Notes under the pieces: generated by a model | Told to the model about the DNA's origin: nothing | What the model saw: the letters and a program-made list of their open reading frames with translations, nothing else | Databases searched by the model: none | From: a bacterium | Lineage (GTDB): Bacteria > JADJOY01 | Length of the DNA stretch: 64,000 nt | Reading direction: 5' to 3' | Assembly (NCBI GenBank): GCA_046331705.1 | Contig: JAXLQJ010000039.1 | Coordinates: 1 to 64,000 of the forward strand | Program-made: the position numbers and the translations under genes | Shown here: piece by piece, positions 21,063 through 30,540 of the stretch | Layout: each line of letters begins with the position of its first letter | Position numbering within the stretch: the stretch's first letter is position 1

Positions 21063-21511
21063 GACGAGTCCGCGAGCGGGTGCTGATCACCAACCAGGCC
21101 ACCGAGGAGCGCCTCGATCTGCGCGAGCTCGAGCGATTCCTCGCGCGTGTGCTCCGGGCGCTCGGATCTCCGCCCGGCGAGCTCTCGGTGCTGATCGTGG
21201 ACGATGCACGCATGCGCGAGCTCAACCGCGAGCATCTGGGTCGGGATCGCACCACCAACGTGCTCTCGTTCCCGCAGGACGACTCCGGCCAGCCGGGCTC
21301 GCGGATGCTCGGCGACGTGGTGCTCGCGCCGCGCACGATCCGCCGTCAGGCGCTCAACGCCGGACGCGATCCGGACCGCGAGCGCGACCACGCGTTGGTG
21401 CACGCGGTGCTGCACCTGCTGGGCTACGACCACGTCGGCTCGCGTCGCGAGCGCGAGCGGATGCGCGCCCGCGAGCGCGAGGTGCTGGCGCTCGTCGGCG
21501 ATCGGGAATGA
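21059..21511 (+). CDS. ybeY: rRNA maturation endoribonuclease YbeY
   Basis: MRELN..., TNVLSFP, LGDVVL, HAVLHLLGYDH; GTGA overlap with phoH. Confidence 0.95.
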
Positions 21512-21524
21512 GCGGCGCGCCGCG

Positions 21525-22703
21525 ATGAGCCCGGATCGCCGTGCGGACTCGCGGCTGCGCGTGGCGCTCGTGCACCGGGTGTTCGCGCACGTCGGCGGCA
21601 GCGAGCTCGACCTGATCCAGGTCGGTCGCTACCTCGCCGAGCACGGCCACGACGTCCACGTCCATTGCGCGCGCTATCGAAGCCCGCCCGAGCCGTGGTT
21701 CACGGCCCACCGGCTTCCCGACTCACGGCTGGGGCGCATGCGTCGCTACCGTCGACTGCTCGCGGGGGCGCGGCGCGTCGCGGATGCCGACTTCGACGTG
21801 GTGGTCGGCTTCGGCCGCACCCTCGGCCAGGACCTCTATCGCTGCGAAGGCGGCACCCACCTCGATTATCTCGAGGTCGTGGCGCGGCTCGCGGGCAAGC
21901 CGCTCCGGCCGACCCGTTACGACCGCCTCATCCTCGACGTCGAGCGCCGCCTCTTCACCACCGAGGCGCCGTTTCGCGTGGTGTCGCTCTCGACGTTGGT
22001 GCGCGACGAGATCCACCGGGTCTACGGCTTTCCCAAGGAGCGCATCGAGGTGGTGACCAACGGCGTCGATCTCGAGCGTTTCCATCCACGCAATCGCGAG
22101 CGCCATCGGCAGGCGGTACGCGACGAGCTCGGGATCCCGTTGGATGCCCGGGTGGCGCTCTTCGTCGGGATCGGCTGGGATCGCAAGGGGCTCGCGCCGA
22201 TCCTGGAGGCGTTGGCGGCTCGGCCGGCGTGGCACGGGATCGTGGCGGGGCGGGATCGCGAGGAGCGCCGCTTCACGGGGCTCGCCGAGCGGCTGGGGCT
22301 GCGCGGCCGGGTCCACTTCGTGGGGCCCCGCGCCGACATCGAGCGCCATTACGCCGCGGCGGACGTGCTCGCGCTCGCGTCTTACCAGGAGGCGTTCGGC
22401 AACGTGGTGCTGGAGGCGCTCGCGAGCGGCGTGCCGGTGGTCGCCACCCGCTCGGTGGGTGCCGTCGATCTGCTCGAGGGTGCGCTCGCGGCCGGCATCG
22501 TCGAGGGCGACGCCGCCGGCGAGACGGTGGGTGCCGCGCTGGACGCGCTCGCGGCGCGCGCGTCCCAGGCGGATCTGGTGGCCGCGAGTCGCGCCGCTGC
22601 GGAGCCCCACGGCGTCGATGCCATGGGCCGCCGCATGGAGTCGGTGATCCGCGCCGTCGCCGCCGAAAAGCGCGAAGCTCGGGGCTCCGTCCATCGGCAG
22701 TGA
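21525..22703 (+). CDS. glycosyltransferase family 4 (WaaG/WabG-like, probably LPS core)
   Basis: GGSE, YRCEGGTH..YL, NGVDLERF, RKGL, EAFGNVVLEALASGVPVV. Confidence 0.9.
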   Translation: MSPDRRADSRLRVALVHRVFAHVGGSELDLIQVGRYLAEHGHDVHVHCARYRSPPEPWFTAHRLPDSRLGRMRRYRRLLAGARRVADADFDVVVGFGRTLGQDLYRCEGGTHLDYLEVVARLAGKPLRPTRYDRLILDVERRLFTTEAPFRVVSLSTLVRDEIHRVYGFPKERIEVVTNGVDLERFHPRNRERHRQAVRDELGIPLDARVALFVGIGWDRKGLAPILEALAARPAWHGIVAGRDREERRFTGLAERLGLRGRVHFVGPRADIERHYAAADVLALASYQEAFGNVVLEALASGVPVVATRSVGAVDLLEGALAAGIVEGDAAGETVGAALDALAARASQADLVAASRAAAEPHGVDAMGRRMESVIRAVAAEKREARGSVHRQ

Positions 22704-22728
22704 CACCCGTCGCGGGCCCGTCGCGGCT

Positions 22729-22757
22729 TTGACGGGCCTCCGGCGGGTGGGTATCTT
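22729..22757 (+). promoter_or_regulatory. sigma70 promoter for def
   Basis: TTGACG-17 nt-TATCTT, followed by GAGG before the GTG start. Confidence 0.65.
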
Positions 22758-22784
22758 GCGCCGGCTCTTTCGAGGAAAACGCAC

Positions 22785-23345
22785 GTGTCCGCACGCGAAA
22801 TCGTCAAATACCCCGCTCCGGTACTCGCCACTCCGGCCGCGCTCGTCACCGAGATCGGCGCCGACATCCAGGCGCTCTTCGACGATCTGGTCGCGACCAT
22901 GTTCGCCGAGAACGGCGTCGGGGTGGCGGCACCGCAGATCGGCGTGGGCCTGCGCGCGATCGTCATCGACGCCAACGTCGAGAATCGCGGCGAGCGCATT
23001 CTCAAGCTCGTGAACCCGGAGATCACGGCCGCCGAGGGCGAGGTCATCTGGCCCGAGGGTTGCCTGAGCATCCCGGGACTGGTGCTGGACGTGAAGCGCC
23101 ACGGCCACGTCGAGGTCACCGCGCTCGACGAGACCGGCCGCGAGGTGAGAGTCGAAGGGTCGTCGCTCTTGGGAGTGGCGCTTCAGCACGAGATCGACCA
23201 CCTCGACGGCAAGCTCATGCTCGACCGCGTGAGCCCCATGAAGCGCGCGTTCTGGCGGAAGAAGATCGCCAAGCACGGCTATCCCGTCGAGATGGGCGGC
23301 GGCGAGCGCGACGATCGCAAGGAAAACAAGCGCGCCCTCGGCTGA
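22785..23345 (+). CDS. def: peptide deformylase
   Basis: GVGVAAPQ, EGCLS, QHEIDHLDG. Confidence 0.96.
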   Translation: MSAREIVKYPAPVLATPAALVTEIGADIQALFDDLVATMFAENGVGVAAPQIGVGLRAIVIDANVENRGERILKLVNPEITAAEGEVIWPEGCLSIPGLVLDVKRHGHVEVTALDETGREVRVEGSSLLGVALQHEIDHLDGKLMLDRVSPMKRAFWRKKIAKHGYPVEMGGGERDDRKENKRALG

Positions 23346-23559
23346 GCGTTCTCCGTGAGCGGTGGGTAGCCGATCTCGCTCGGCCGCGCCGGGGGGCGGA
23401 GATCGACGGCGTGCGCTTGCCTCGGCGCGGCGCTCCATCGAAGCTCCCGGCCAACACCACGGTTCGGCTTGCTGACGCGCCCTGCGCGAGCTTCGGCTCG
23501 CGGTCTCGGGCGACTCCCACGTTCACGCGGCCTGGCCTCGGCACGGGAGCCTTGGCTCG

Positions 23560-24237
23560 ATGACTTCCATTCCGGATCGCCGCCCCACCTTCGACGAGCG
23601 CCGCTTGACGTGGCGAAACGAAGCGCGCGCGCGCCGCTACGATCACCGCTACCAGTCGCTCTCCGGCCGTCTCTCCAACCGTCGCGTGCTGCAGACCTAC
23701 GCCAACGCGATCCGGCGAGAGGCTCCCCAGGGCTGGCTGCTCGACTGCCCGACCGGCACCGGCCGGCTGCTTCCCGCGCTGCTCGGCAGCGCGTCGCGGA
23801 TCCTGGGCGGCGACATCGCCCCCGAGATGATGAAGGTCGCCCGCGACCAGTTCCCCGTGGACGGCAAGCTCAGGGGCTACGTCGGGATGGACATCGAGCG
23901 CTTGCCGTTCCGCGACGGTGCGCTGGGCGCCGTCTGCGTCGCGCGGCTCACGCAGCATTGCGACGGGGCCGAACGGGTGCGCATCCTCACCGAGCTCGGG
24001 CGCGTCACCAACGGCCCGATCTTCGTGAGCTACTACCACCGCTACACGTTCAAGTACTTCTCGCGCTGGCTGCGTGGAAGCCTGGGGTTGCGCAAAGGGC
24101 GGCTCCAGGGCGTGAGCTTCGCCGAGCTGCGCGCCGACGCCCGCGCGGCGGGGCTCGAGATCGCCGACGTCCGCTGGGTGTTCCCGGTGCTGTCGACGAA
24201 CTGGCTCGTCACGTTCCGCCGGCCCCGCGGCGGCTGA
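23560..24237 (+). CDS. class I SAM-dependent methyltransferase
   Basis: LLDCPTGTGR motif I, GGDIAPEM, DIERLPFRDG, RILTELGRV. Confidence 0.9.
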   Translation: MTSIPDRRPTFDERRLTWRNEARARRYDHRYQSLSGRLSNRRVLQTYANAIRREAPQGWLLDCPTGTGRLLPALLGSASRILGGDIAPEMMKVARDQFPVDGKLRGYVGMDIERLPFRDGALGAVCVARLTQHCDGAERVRILTELGRVTNGPIFVSYYHRYTFKYFSRWLRGSLGLRKGRLQGVSFAELRADARAAGLEIADVRWVFPVLSTNWLVTFRRPRGG

Positions 24238-24293
24238 GGCGAGCGCGTCACGCGCGGCGGCACGTCCTGGCGTACGCCGGCGAGTCGCGCCCG

Positions 24294-24722
24294 CTACAGC
24301 GTGCGATAGGGCACGAGCAGGAAGTAGATGGCGACGCCGGTGACCGACACGTAGAGCCACAGCGGCAACGTCACTCGCGCCCAGCGGCGGTGCCGAGCGA
24401 GATCGCCCTTCCAGGCGCGATACACCACCACCAGGATCATCGGCACGATCACCGCCGCGAGCGGCGTGTGCGTGAGCAGGATCGCGAAGTACACGGTGCG
24501 AAGCCAGCCCTCGCCGCCGTAGTGGGTGGTGCCGGTTCGTGCGTGGTAGGTCAGGTACGAGATCAGGAAGACCGTGCTGAGCGCGAGCGCCCCGATCATG
24601 CAGGCGCGATGCGTCGCCACGTTCTTGCGGCGGATCTGGATCCAGCCGATCGTCGCCAGCACGGCGCTCGACGCGTTGAGCACGGCGTTGAGCGCGGGGA
24701 GGTTCGCGACGAGGCTGCTCAT
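24294..24722 (-). CDS. DUF420 membrane protein (cytochrome oxidase assembly associated)
   Basis: LPALNAVLN, HRACM, FLISYLTYH, YFAILLTH, HRRWARVTLPLWLYVSVTGVAIY. Confidence 0.93.
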   Translation of the reverse strand: MSSLVANLPALNAVLNASSAVLATIGWIQIRRKNVATHRACMIGALALSTVFLISYLTYHARTGTTHYGGEGWLRTVYFAILLTHTPLAAVIVPMILVVVYRAWKGDLARHRRWARVTLPLWLYVSVTGVAIYFLLVPYRTL

Positions 24723-25525
24723 GCGTGGATCCACGGGCTCTTGCGCGCCATCACGACCCCGCCCGCGAAGAGCGCCGCCGTCGTGAGCAGCGTGATCGCG
24801 ATCGAGATCCCGAACGGCGGCACGCCCAAGTCGGCGAGGCTGAGCGTGGGGTAGAGCACGGCGCGCAGCGCGCCCACGGCGTACGTGAGCGGATTCGCTC
24901 GCATCAGCGCGCCCAGCCACGGCGAGGCACCCGCCGCGGGGAAGAGCGCGCCGGAGAGCAGCCAGAGCGGGATCAGGAAGAGGTTCATGATCGCGTGGAA
25001 GCCGGTCGTGGTCTCCATGCGCCACGCGATCAGGAAGCCGAGCGAGGTGAGCTGGAACGCGGTCACCGTCGCCACCGCGAGCGATTTCAGCACGATGCCC
25101 GGGCAGACGTGGATGCCGCTGAGCGGGCTCATCGCGAGCACGATGATCGCCTGAAGCACCGCCACGGAGGTGCCTCCCAGCACCTTGCCCAGGACGACGG
25201 CCGAACGCGGCACCGGCGCCACCAGCACGCCCTGCAGAAAACCGGCGCGCCGGTCCTCGATGATCGAGATGGTCGAGAAGACGGCGGTGAAGAGCAGGAT
25301 CAAGACCAGCGTGCCGGGGAAGAAGTACTCGAGGTAGGTCATGCCGTGCGAGGCGGAGCCGGGGCCCATCGACTCGGGGCGAAACGAGCTTCGCAGCCCG
25401 GATCCGATCAGCACCCAGAACACCAGCGGGGTCCCGATCGTGCCCAGGATGCGGTGCTTCTGGCGCACGAAATGCGTGAGCTCGCGCACCAGCAACGTCC
25501 ACGCGGGCAGCCAAATGCGACTCAT
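24719..25525 (-). CDS. ABC-2 type transporter permease
   Basis: YLEYFFPG, EDRRAGFLQGVLVAPVPR, LSGALFP, NPLTYAV; 6 TM. Confidence 0.92.
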   Translation of the reverse strand: MSRIWLPAWTLLVRELTHFVRQKHRILGTIGTPLVFWVLIGSGLRSSFRPESMGPGSASHGMTYLEYFFPGTLVLILLFTAVFSTISIIEDRRAGFLQGVLVAPVPRSAVVLGKVLGGTSVAVLQAIIVLAMSPLSGIHVCPGIVLKSLAVATVTAFQLTSLGFLIAWRMETTTGFHAIMNLFLIPLWLLSGALFPAAGASPWLGALMRANPLTYAVGALRAVLYPTLSLADLGVPPFGISIAITLLTTAALFAGGVVMARKSPWIHA

Positions 25526-26490
25526 CCGTTCGCCTCCGCGCGCCCGTCCGACGCGGTGGCGTCGGCCTCCCACAGCGTTCGTCCGGTGACGTGGATGAAC
25601 ACGTCCTCGAGCGTGGGCTGGCCGACGGTCACGGCGCGGATCTCGTCGGGGAAGGCGCGCATGAGCTCCGCCACGAACGCAGCACCGTCCGGGCGCTCGA
25701 TGCGAACGCCGCGGTGAAGCGCGGTCGCCGCGCATCCGAAGCGCGCGTTGATGCGCTCGGTGAGGTCGGTGGCGTCGTGGCCTTCGACGGTCACGACCTC
25801 GCCGCGGATCGAGCGCTTGAGCGCCGCCGGCGCGTCGAGGGCCACGAGCTTGCCGCGGTCGAGGATGCCGACCCGGTCGCAGCGCTCCGCCTCGTCGAGG
25901 ATGTGCGTGGTGAGCAGGATGGTGACCCCGGTCTGATCGCGAAGCTCGAGGAGCTGCCGCCAGAGATCACGCCGCGCGCCCGGGTCCAGCCCCGTGGACG
26001 GCTCGTCGAGCAGCAGCACTCGCGGCCGGTGGAGCAGGCTCTTCGCGAGCTCCACCCTGCGCCGTTGCCCGCCCGAGAGGTGCTCGACCCGGTCGGCGCC
26101 ACGATCGGCGAGCGTCACCAGCGCCAGCACCTCGCCGATGCGGGTGGCCAACGCCTTGCCCGAGAGCCCGTAGAGATGACCGGCGTGCCAGAGGTTCTCG
26201 CGCACCGACAGCTTCACGTCGAGGCTCGGCGACTGGAACACCACGCCCAGCTCGCGCCGCACCGCCTCCGGCGCGCGCATCACGTCGTGGCCGCTGATGG
26301 TGGCGCGACCGCCGGTGGCTGGAAACGACGTCGTGAGCACCCGGAAGAGCGTGGTCTTGCCGCTGCCGTTCGGGCCGAGGAGCGCGAACACCTCCTTGCT
26401 CCCGACCGTGAACGAGACGGGGCCCAACGCGCGACGCGTGGTGTAGTCGACGACCAGCTCGTCGATCGAGATCGCAGCGACTTCGTTCAT
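25522..26490 (-). CDS. ABC transporter ATP-binding protein (DrrA-like)
   Basis: GPNGSGKT, LSGGQRRR, LLLDEP, TTH, QPTLEDVF. Confidence 0.95.
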   Translation of the reverse strand: MNEVAAISIDELVVDYTTRRALGPVSFTVGSKEVFALLGPNGSGKTTLFRVLTTSFPATGGRATISGHDVMRAPEAVRRELGVVFQSPSLDVKLSVRENLWHAGHLYGLSGKALATRIGEVLALVTLADRGADRVEHLSGGQRRRVELAKSLLHRPRVLLLDEPSTGLDPGARRDLWRQLLELRDQTGVTILLTTHILDEAERCDRVGILDRGKLVALDAPAALKRSIRGEVVTVEGHDATDLTERINARFGCAATALHRGVRIERPDGAAFVAELMRAFPDEIRAVTVGQPTLEDVFIHVTGRTLWEADATASDGRAEANG

Positions 26491-26512
26491 CGGCCTTTCT
26501 TTCGACGCGCGC

Positions 26513-27412
26513 TCACACGGCCTTGTCGATCGCCAGCACCGTGAGGTCGAGCGTGAGCGCGAGATACGACCAGATCAGCACGGCGCGGGCGGTCTCCGCG
26601 TTGGCGTCCTTCGCGAAGCGTGCGCCCGCGATCACCACCGCCACGCCGCTCGCGGCCGCGCTCGCGAAGTACCACAGCCCGGCGAGACCGATCACCGAGG
26701 GCACCAAGCTGACGGCGAGCAGCGCGACACAGTTGACCAGCACCTGGCGCCCGGTGCTGCGCCCATCGGGCTCGACGACGGGGAGGAGCTGGCACCCGGC
26801 GCGCGCGTAGTCGGTGCGGTAGAGGTACGCGATCGCCAGGCTATGGGGCACTTGCCAGAAGAAGAGGATCGCGAAGAGCGCCGCGCCGGCCACACCCACG
26901 TCTTGTCCGGCGGCGGTCCAGCCGATCACGGGGGGCAGCGCGCCCGGCACGCACCCGGCCACCGTCGCGAGCGGGGTGCGCGTCTTGAGCGGCGTGTAAG
27001 CGAACAGGTACGTCACGACCGTGAGCGCGGCGATGCCCGCGGCGAGCGGGTTGGTCGCGAACCACAGCACCGCGAGACCGGCGATGGTGAGCGTGACCCC
27101 GAATGCCAGCCCTTCGGGCGGGGCGACTCGGCCCTCGGGCAACGGGCGCGTGCGGGTGCGGTGCATGAGCGCGTCGGTCTCGCGCTCGATGAATTGATTG
27201 AGCGCCTGACTGCCCGCGGCGCAGAGCGCCGTGCCGCCCAGCGCGGCCACCAGCGCCGGCCACATCACCGGCCCCGCGAGCGCCACGTAGTAGCCCACCA
27301 GCGTGGTGAGCAGCACCAGCAGCACCAGCCGCGGTTTGGTGAGCTCGAAGAAGTCCGCGGCGCGTCGGGCGCGCGCCACGCTGCCCATGCCGGTCTCGGC
27401 GACCGCCGTCAT
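26513..27412 (-). CDS. ctaB: heme o synthase (protoheme IX farnesyltransferase)
   Basis: ELTKPRL, NQFIERETDALMHRTRTRPLPEGR, YTPLK, PGALPPVIGW, WQVPH, DYARAG. Confidence 0.95.
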   Translation of the reverse strand: MTAVAETGMGSVARARRAADFFELTKPRLVLLVLLTTLVGYYVALAGPVMWPALVAALGGTALCAAGSQALNQFIERETDALMHRTRTRPLPEGRVAPPEGLAFGVTLTIAGLAVLWFATNPLAAGIAALTVVTYLFAYTPLKTRTPLATVAGCVPGALPPVIGWTAAGQDVGVAGAALFAILFFWQVPHSLAIAYLYRTDYARAGCQLLPVVEPDGRSTGRQVLVNCVALLAVSLVPSVIGLAGLWYFASAAASGVAVVIAGARFAKDANAETARAVLIWSYLALTLDLTVLAIDKAV

Positions 27413-28368
27413 GCGCCGATTCCCGCGCCCGCCGGCGCACCGGCCGCGGCACTGGCGTGAGCGAGATCGAGGGCGCCGCGCAGACCGCGAAACACGAGCA
27501 GCGTCGCGGCCATCGCGGTGGCGAACACCACCGCGCCGTTCACCTGGTGCGCCACGGTCACGAGCACCGCCGGCCACGGCGCGAGCTCGGGAACGGGCGC
27601 CATGAACTTCGCGGCGTACGCGAAGAAGCCGAGCGCCACTTGCAGCCACGTGAGCTGCATGAGCGCGAACGCCATCCGCGTTCCGGGAGCGGTCCGCGAC
27701 GCCGCATTGGTGCGGTAGCGCAGCGCGACCACCAGCGTGATCACCAACACCGCTCCGCCGAGGTGGACGAAGACCGTACCCATGAGGTGGCGCAGCCGCG
27801 CGCCGAGCAGGATCTGCGCATAGATCGCGATCGTGGTCACCAGCGCCAGCCGCTCGGCGCCCTGTCCGCGTGCGCGATCCAGCGGATCGGCGAGCGCCTC
27901 GGCCCACATCTCGGTGGTGCTGAGCGCCATCACGATCATCAGCGCGAAGAACGAATGCGCGAACGAACCGTGAACCAGCGCCAGCACGCGCTCGTTCTCG
28001 ATGACCCTGAGCCCACCGAGAACGCCCTGGATCACCACCGCGACCACGGCGACGCACGCCAGCACCCGCATCCAGCGGCGCGAATCGCAGCGCCACACCG
28101 CCACCGCCAGCGCCACCGTGAGCATGCCCACCAGCGAACCGAGCAGCCGGTGCGCGTGCTCGAACGCGATCGGCCCGATCCAACGGCTGATCGGGAACGT
28201 GAACATGTTGTAGCCGTAGGTCGTGGGCCAGTCGGGGACCGCCATCCCCGCGCCCTTGCTCGTGACGAGCCCGCCAGCGGTGAGCAGCACCGCGGTGGTC
28301 GCCGCGGTGGCCCGCGCGAGGTAGCGCACGGACCGGCTGGTCGTGCTCGCGGTGGGCGGGTTCGTCAT
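27409..28368 (-). CDS. ctaA: heme A synthase (COX15/CtaA family)
   Basis: GGLVT..GAGMAVPDWP, FEHAHR, QGVLGG, conserved His residues (VHG, VHL, AHQ). Confidence 0.92.
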   Translation of the reverse strand: MTNPPTASTTSRSVRYLARATAATTAVLLTAGGLVTSKGAGMAVPDWPTTYGYNMFTFPISRWIGPIAFEHAHRLLGSLVGMLTVALAVAVWRCDSRRWMRVLACVAVVAVVIQGVLGGLRVIENERVLALVHGSFAHSFFALMIVMALSTTEMWAEALADPLDRARGQGAERLALVTTIAIYAQILLGARLRHLMGTVFVHLGGAVLVITLVVALRYRTNAASRTAPGTRMAFALMQLTWLQVALGFFAYAAKFMAPVPELAPWPAVLVTVAHQVNGAVVFATAMAATLLVFRGLRGALDLAHASAAAGAPAGAGIGA

Positions 28369-28419
28369 GGTCGATCGCTCAACGACCCGCCGTGGTCGCC
28401 GGATTCGGTCACGCGACCG

Positions 28420-28878
28420 TCACTCGACGATGGCGCTCGTGGCCGCGGGCTCCTCGTCGGTGGGCAAGCTCGCCGCGTCTCCGGCGGTCGTCCCGGCGGC
28501 AGCCTCGTCGGGCGCCGTCGCGATCTCGCCGTCGGCCGCTGCGTTCTCTTCCGTCGTGCCCTCGTCCGCCGATTTCGCGTCCTCGGCGTCCTTCCCGTGG
28601 TCGTCGGCGTCCTTGGCGGCAGCCTTGTCGTCGTCGGCGAGGGCCGCCAGCCGAACCGGCCCGGCGTGTTGCCGGCTCAAGGTGCCACCCGCGAGCGCGA
28701 ACACCAGTGCGCCGGTCAGCAGCGTCCAGGTGAGCTCGAGCCGTGCCACGCGGCCCCGAACCGGCTCGTGCGCCGCGCCTCGGCGCGCCACCAGCACGAC
28801 TCCCATGGAACAGGCGGCGAATGCCCCCAGCACGGTCCAATAGAGCGGGATCACGGCGGAATCGAGGCTGGCGCTCAC
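28420..28878 (-). CDS. hypothetical two-TM protein resembling the cytochrome c oxidase subunit II N-terminus, with an acidic disordered tail
   Basis: TM1, loop, RLELTWTLL (compare CoxII LExxWT), then D/E/A-rich tail; no CuA motif. GTG start inferred; ORF is open to 29016. Confidence 0.55.
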   Translation of the reverse strand: MSASLDSAVIPLYWTVLGAFAACSMGVVLVARRGAAHEPVRGRVARLELTWTLLTGALVFALAGGTLSRQHAGPVRLAALADDDKAAAKDADDHGKDAEDAKSADEGTTEENAAADGEIATAPDEAAAGTTAGDAASLPTDEEPAATSAIVE

Positions 28879-29089
28879 GTTCGGTAGACCCTCGGTGGAA
28901 CCGCTCGATCGGCGGGTGCGCTGTTCGGATACGGGCGAGATGCGAGAGGGCGGCTCGGGGACGGGTGGGGCAACCGCATTCGAGCTGCGCGCGATCGGTG
29001 TCCGCGCCTGCGGCAATATGCGGAACCCCCGCGGCCCATGTCAACGCGGCGCGCCACGCGCCACGTCGCGCGCGGGGCGGTCCGAACGG

Positions 29090-29785
29090 TCAGCTGCGGA
29101 CGCGGGCGAGCGTGGCCTGGATGTGGGTCGTGGCGATCGCCGCCAGCTCACCGGCGAGAGCGAAATTGCCCTCGATCCGCAGCGCTCCGCCCAGCATGAG
29201 CGCTTGAAGGTTCGCGGGGCGGCCCGCGCCGCTCAGCGATTGGAAGTCGAGCCAGCTCATGGAGAACGTGGTGTCCGGCGGGTTGCGCGCGGCACCGCCG
29301 CCGAAATGGATGCCGAGGCGCCAGTCGCGGCCCTGGAAGTGGCGAATCGAGACCACCAGCGTGCCGTCGATGCGGCGCAGCCGCTCGCGCGAGGCGGCGT
29401 CGAGCGGCACCACCGGCGCGGGTGTGCGGCTCGCCTCCGCGACGAGCGCGCTGGGTCCGCCCAGCTCGCCGCGCAGGAACGCGGCCCAGTCGTCCACGGT
29501 CTGGAAGACCTGCACGTCGATGCGGCGCGACGAATGGCCTCGCTCCACCGTCAGCGCATGGTCGTCGAATCCGAGCACCCACACGCCACCGCCAGCGCCG
29601 GTCAGCTCGACGCGCACCGAGAGGTCGTAGCCGGGAGGCGCCGCGGCGCGCTCGAGCCCTTCGGCGTAGCGCTCCACGAGGAACGCTTCGAAGAAGTCGC
29701 GCGGCTTGATGGTCGCGAGATCGTGGGAGCGGCGCGCGGCACGCTTGCGCGCTGGCTTCTTGTGAGCAGGAGGGCGAGAGGTCAT
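29090..29785 (-). CDS. SCP2 sterol/lipid-binding domain protein (tandem SCP2-like)
   Basis: LTGAGGGVW..., PDTTFSMS..DF..L and ALMLGGALRIEGN..LA SCP2 signature. Confidence 0.75.
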   Translation of the reverse strand: MTSRPPAHKKPARKRAARRSHDLATIKPRDFFEAFLVERYAEGLERAAAPPGYDLSVRVELTGAGGGVWVLGFDDHALTVERGHSSRRIDVQVFQTVDDWAAFLRGELGGPSALVAEASRTPAPVVPLDAASRERLRRIDGTLVVSIRHFQGRDWRLGIHFGGGAARNPPDTTFSMSWLDFQSLSGAGRPANLQALMLGGALRIEGNFALAGELAAIATTHIQATLARVRS

Positions 29786-29935
29786 GTGAGGCTCGTGTTC
29801 GAGAGGCGGCACGTCCCGGTGCCTCGGCGGCGCCGTCGCGGGGCCTTCTGGTAACACGAAGGAAGAGGCGCGGCCATCCTCGCATGGCGCGCCTCGATCG
29901 ACGGCGCGTCGCCGCGGGATGCGCGTGCGGCCGCG

Positions 29936-30253
29936 TCAGACCCAGCCGACTCGCGCGCGCAGCAACCGCGCCACCCGCAGCGGCAGCTCGTGCGGATGCG
30001 GGGCGTGCGTCGCGCGCCGTGGCGGTGGGCGCGTGCCGGGCGCCTCGTGGTCGAGGTCCGGCTCGTGCTCGGCAGGATCGGCGGTGGTGGAGGCGGCGCG
30101 GACGTCGACGACCGAGTCCGCGAAGCTCACCGCCGAGCACTCGACCCAGTAGCCCGAGCGGCACAGCGATAGATCCTGGAGCCCAGCCACCAACGTCTCG
30201 CGCGTCGCGCGACAGAATGGATGGACCCCATCAAGCAAGTGCGGACACTTCAT
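29936..30253 (-). CDS. small Cys-rich hypothetical protein
   Basis: MKCPHL...FCRA...LCRSGYWVEC, four spaced Cys; GAGGGG RBS before ATG 30253. Confidence 0.6.
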   Translation of the reverse strand: MKCPHLLDGVHPFCRATRETLVAGLQDLSLCRSGYWVECSAVSFADSVVDVRAASTTADPAEHEPDLDHEAPGTRPPPRRATHAPHPHELPLRVARLLRARVGWV

Positions 30254-30540
30254 GGTGGTCCCCTCGCCGGGTTCGGATGACGACCAGATTCCGCGCACGT
30301 TTCGTGCCAGCGACAGGATCGCCGCGCGAACGGGCGCGCAGATCCTCGCGCGCGTGCTGAATGCCGCCGCGCGTGTGAAACAATTGCGGTCATCCGTAGG
30401 ACCACCAAGCGCAACGCCAGCGTCCCGTCGCTGGCACGCATCATGCCTCGCATTCTCTCCACGGTTCACGGCACGGGAGAGTCAAGCTCGCGATGATCAC
30501 GGACAACTTGAATGCGGGTGTCGCGCACGGATGGGGTCGG

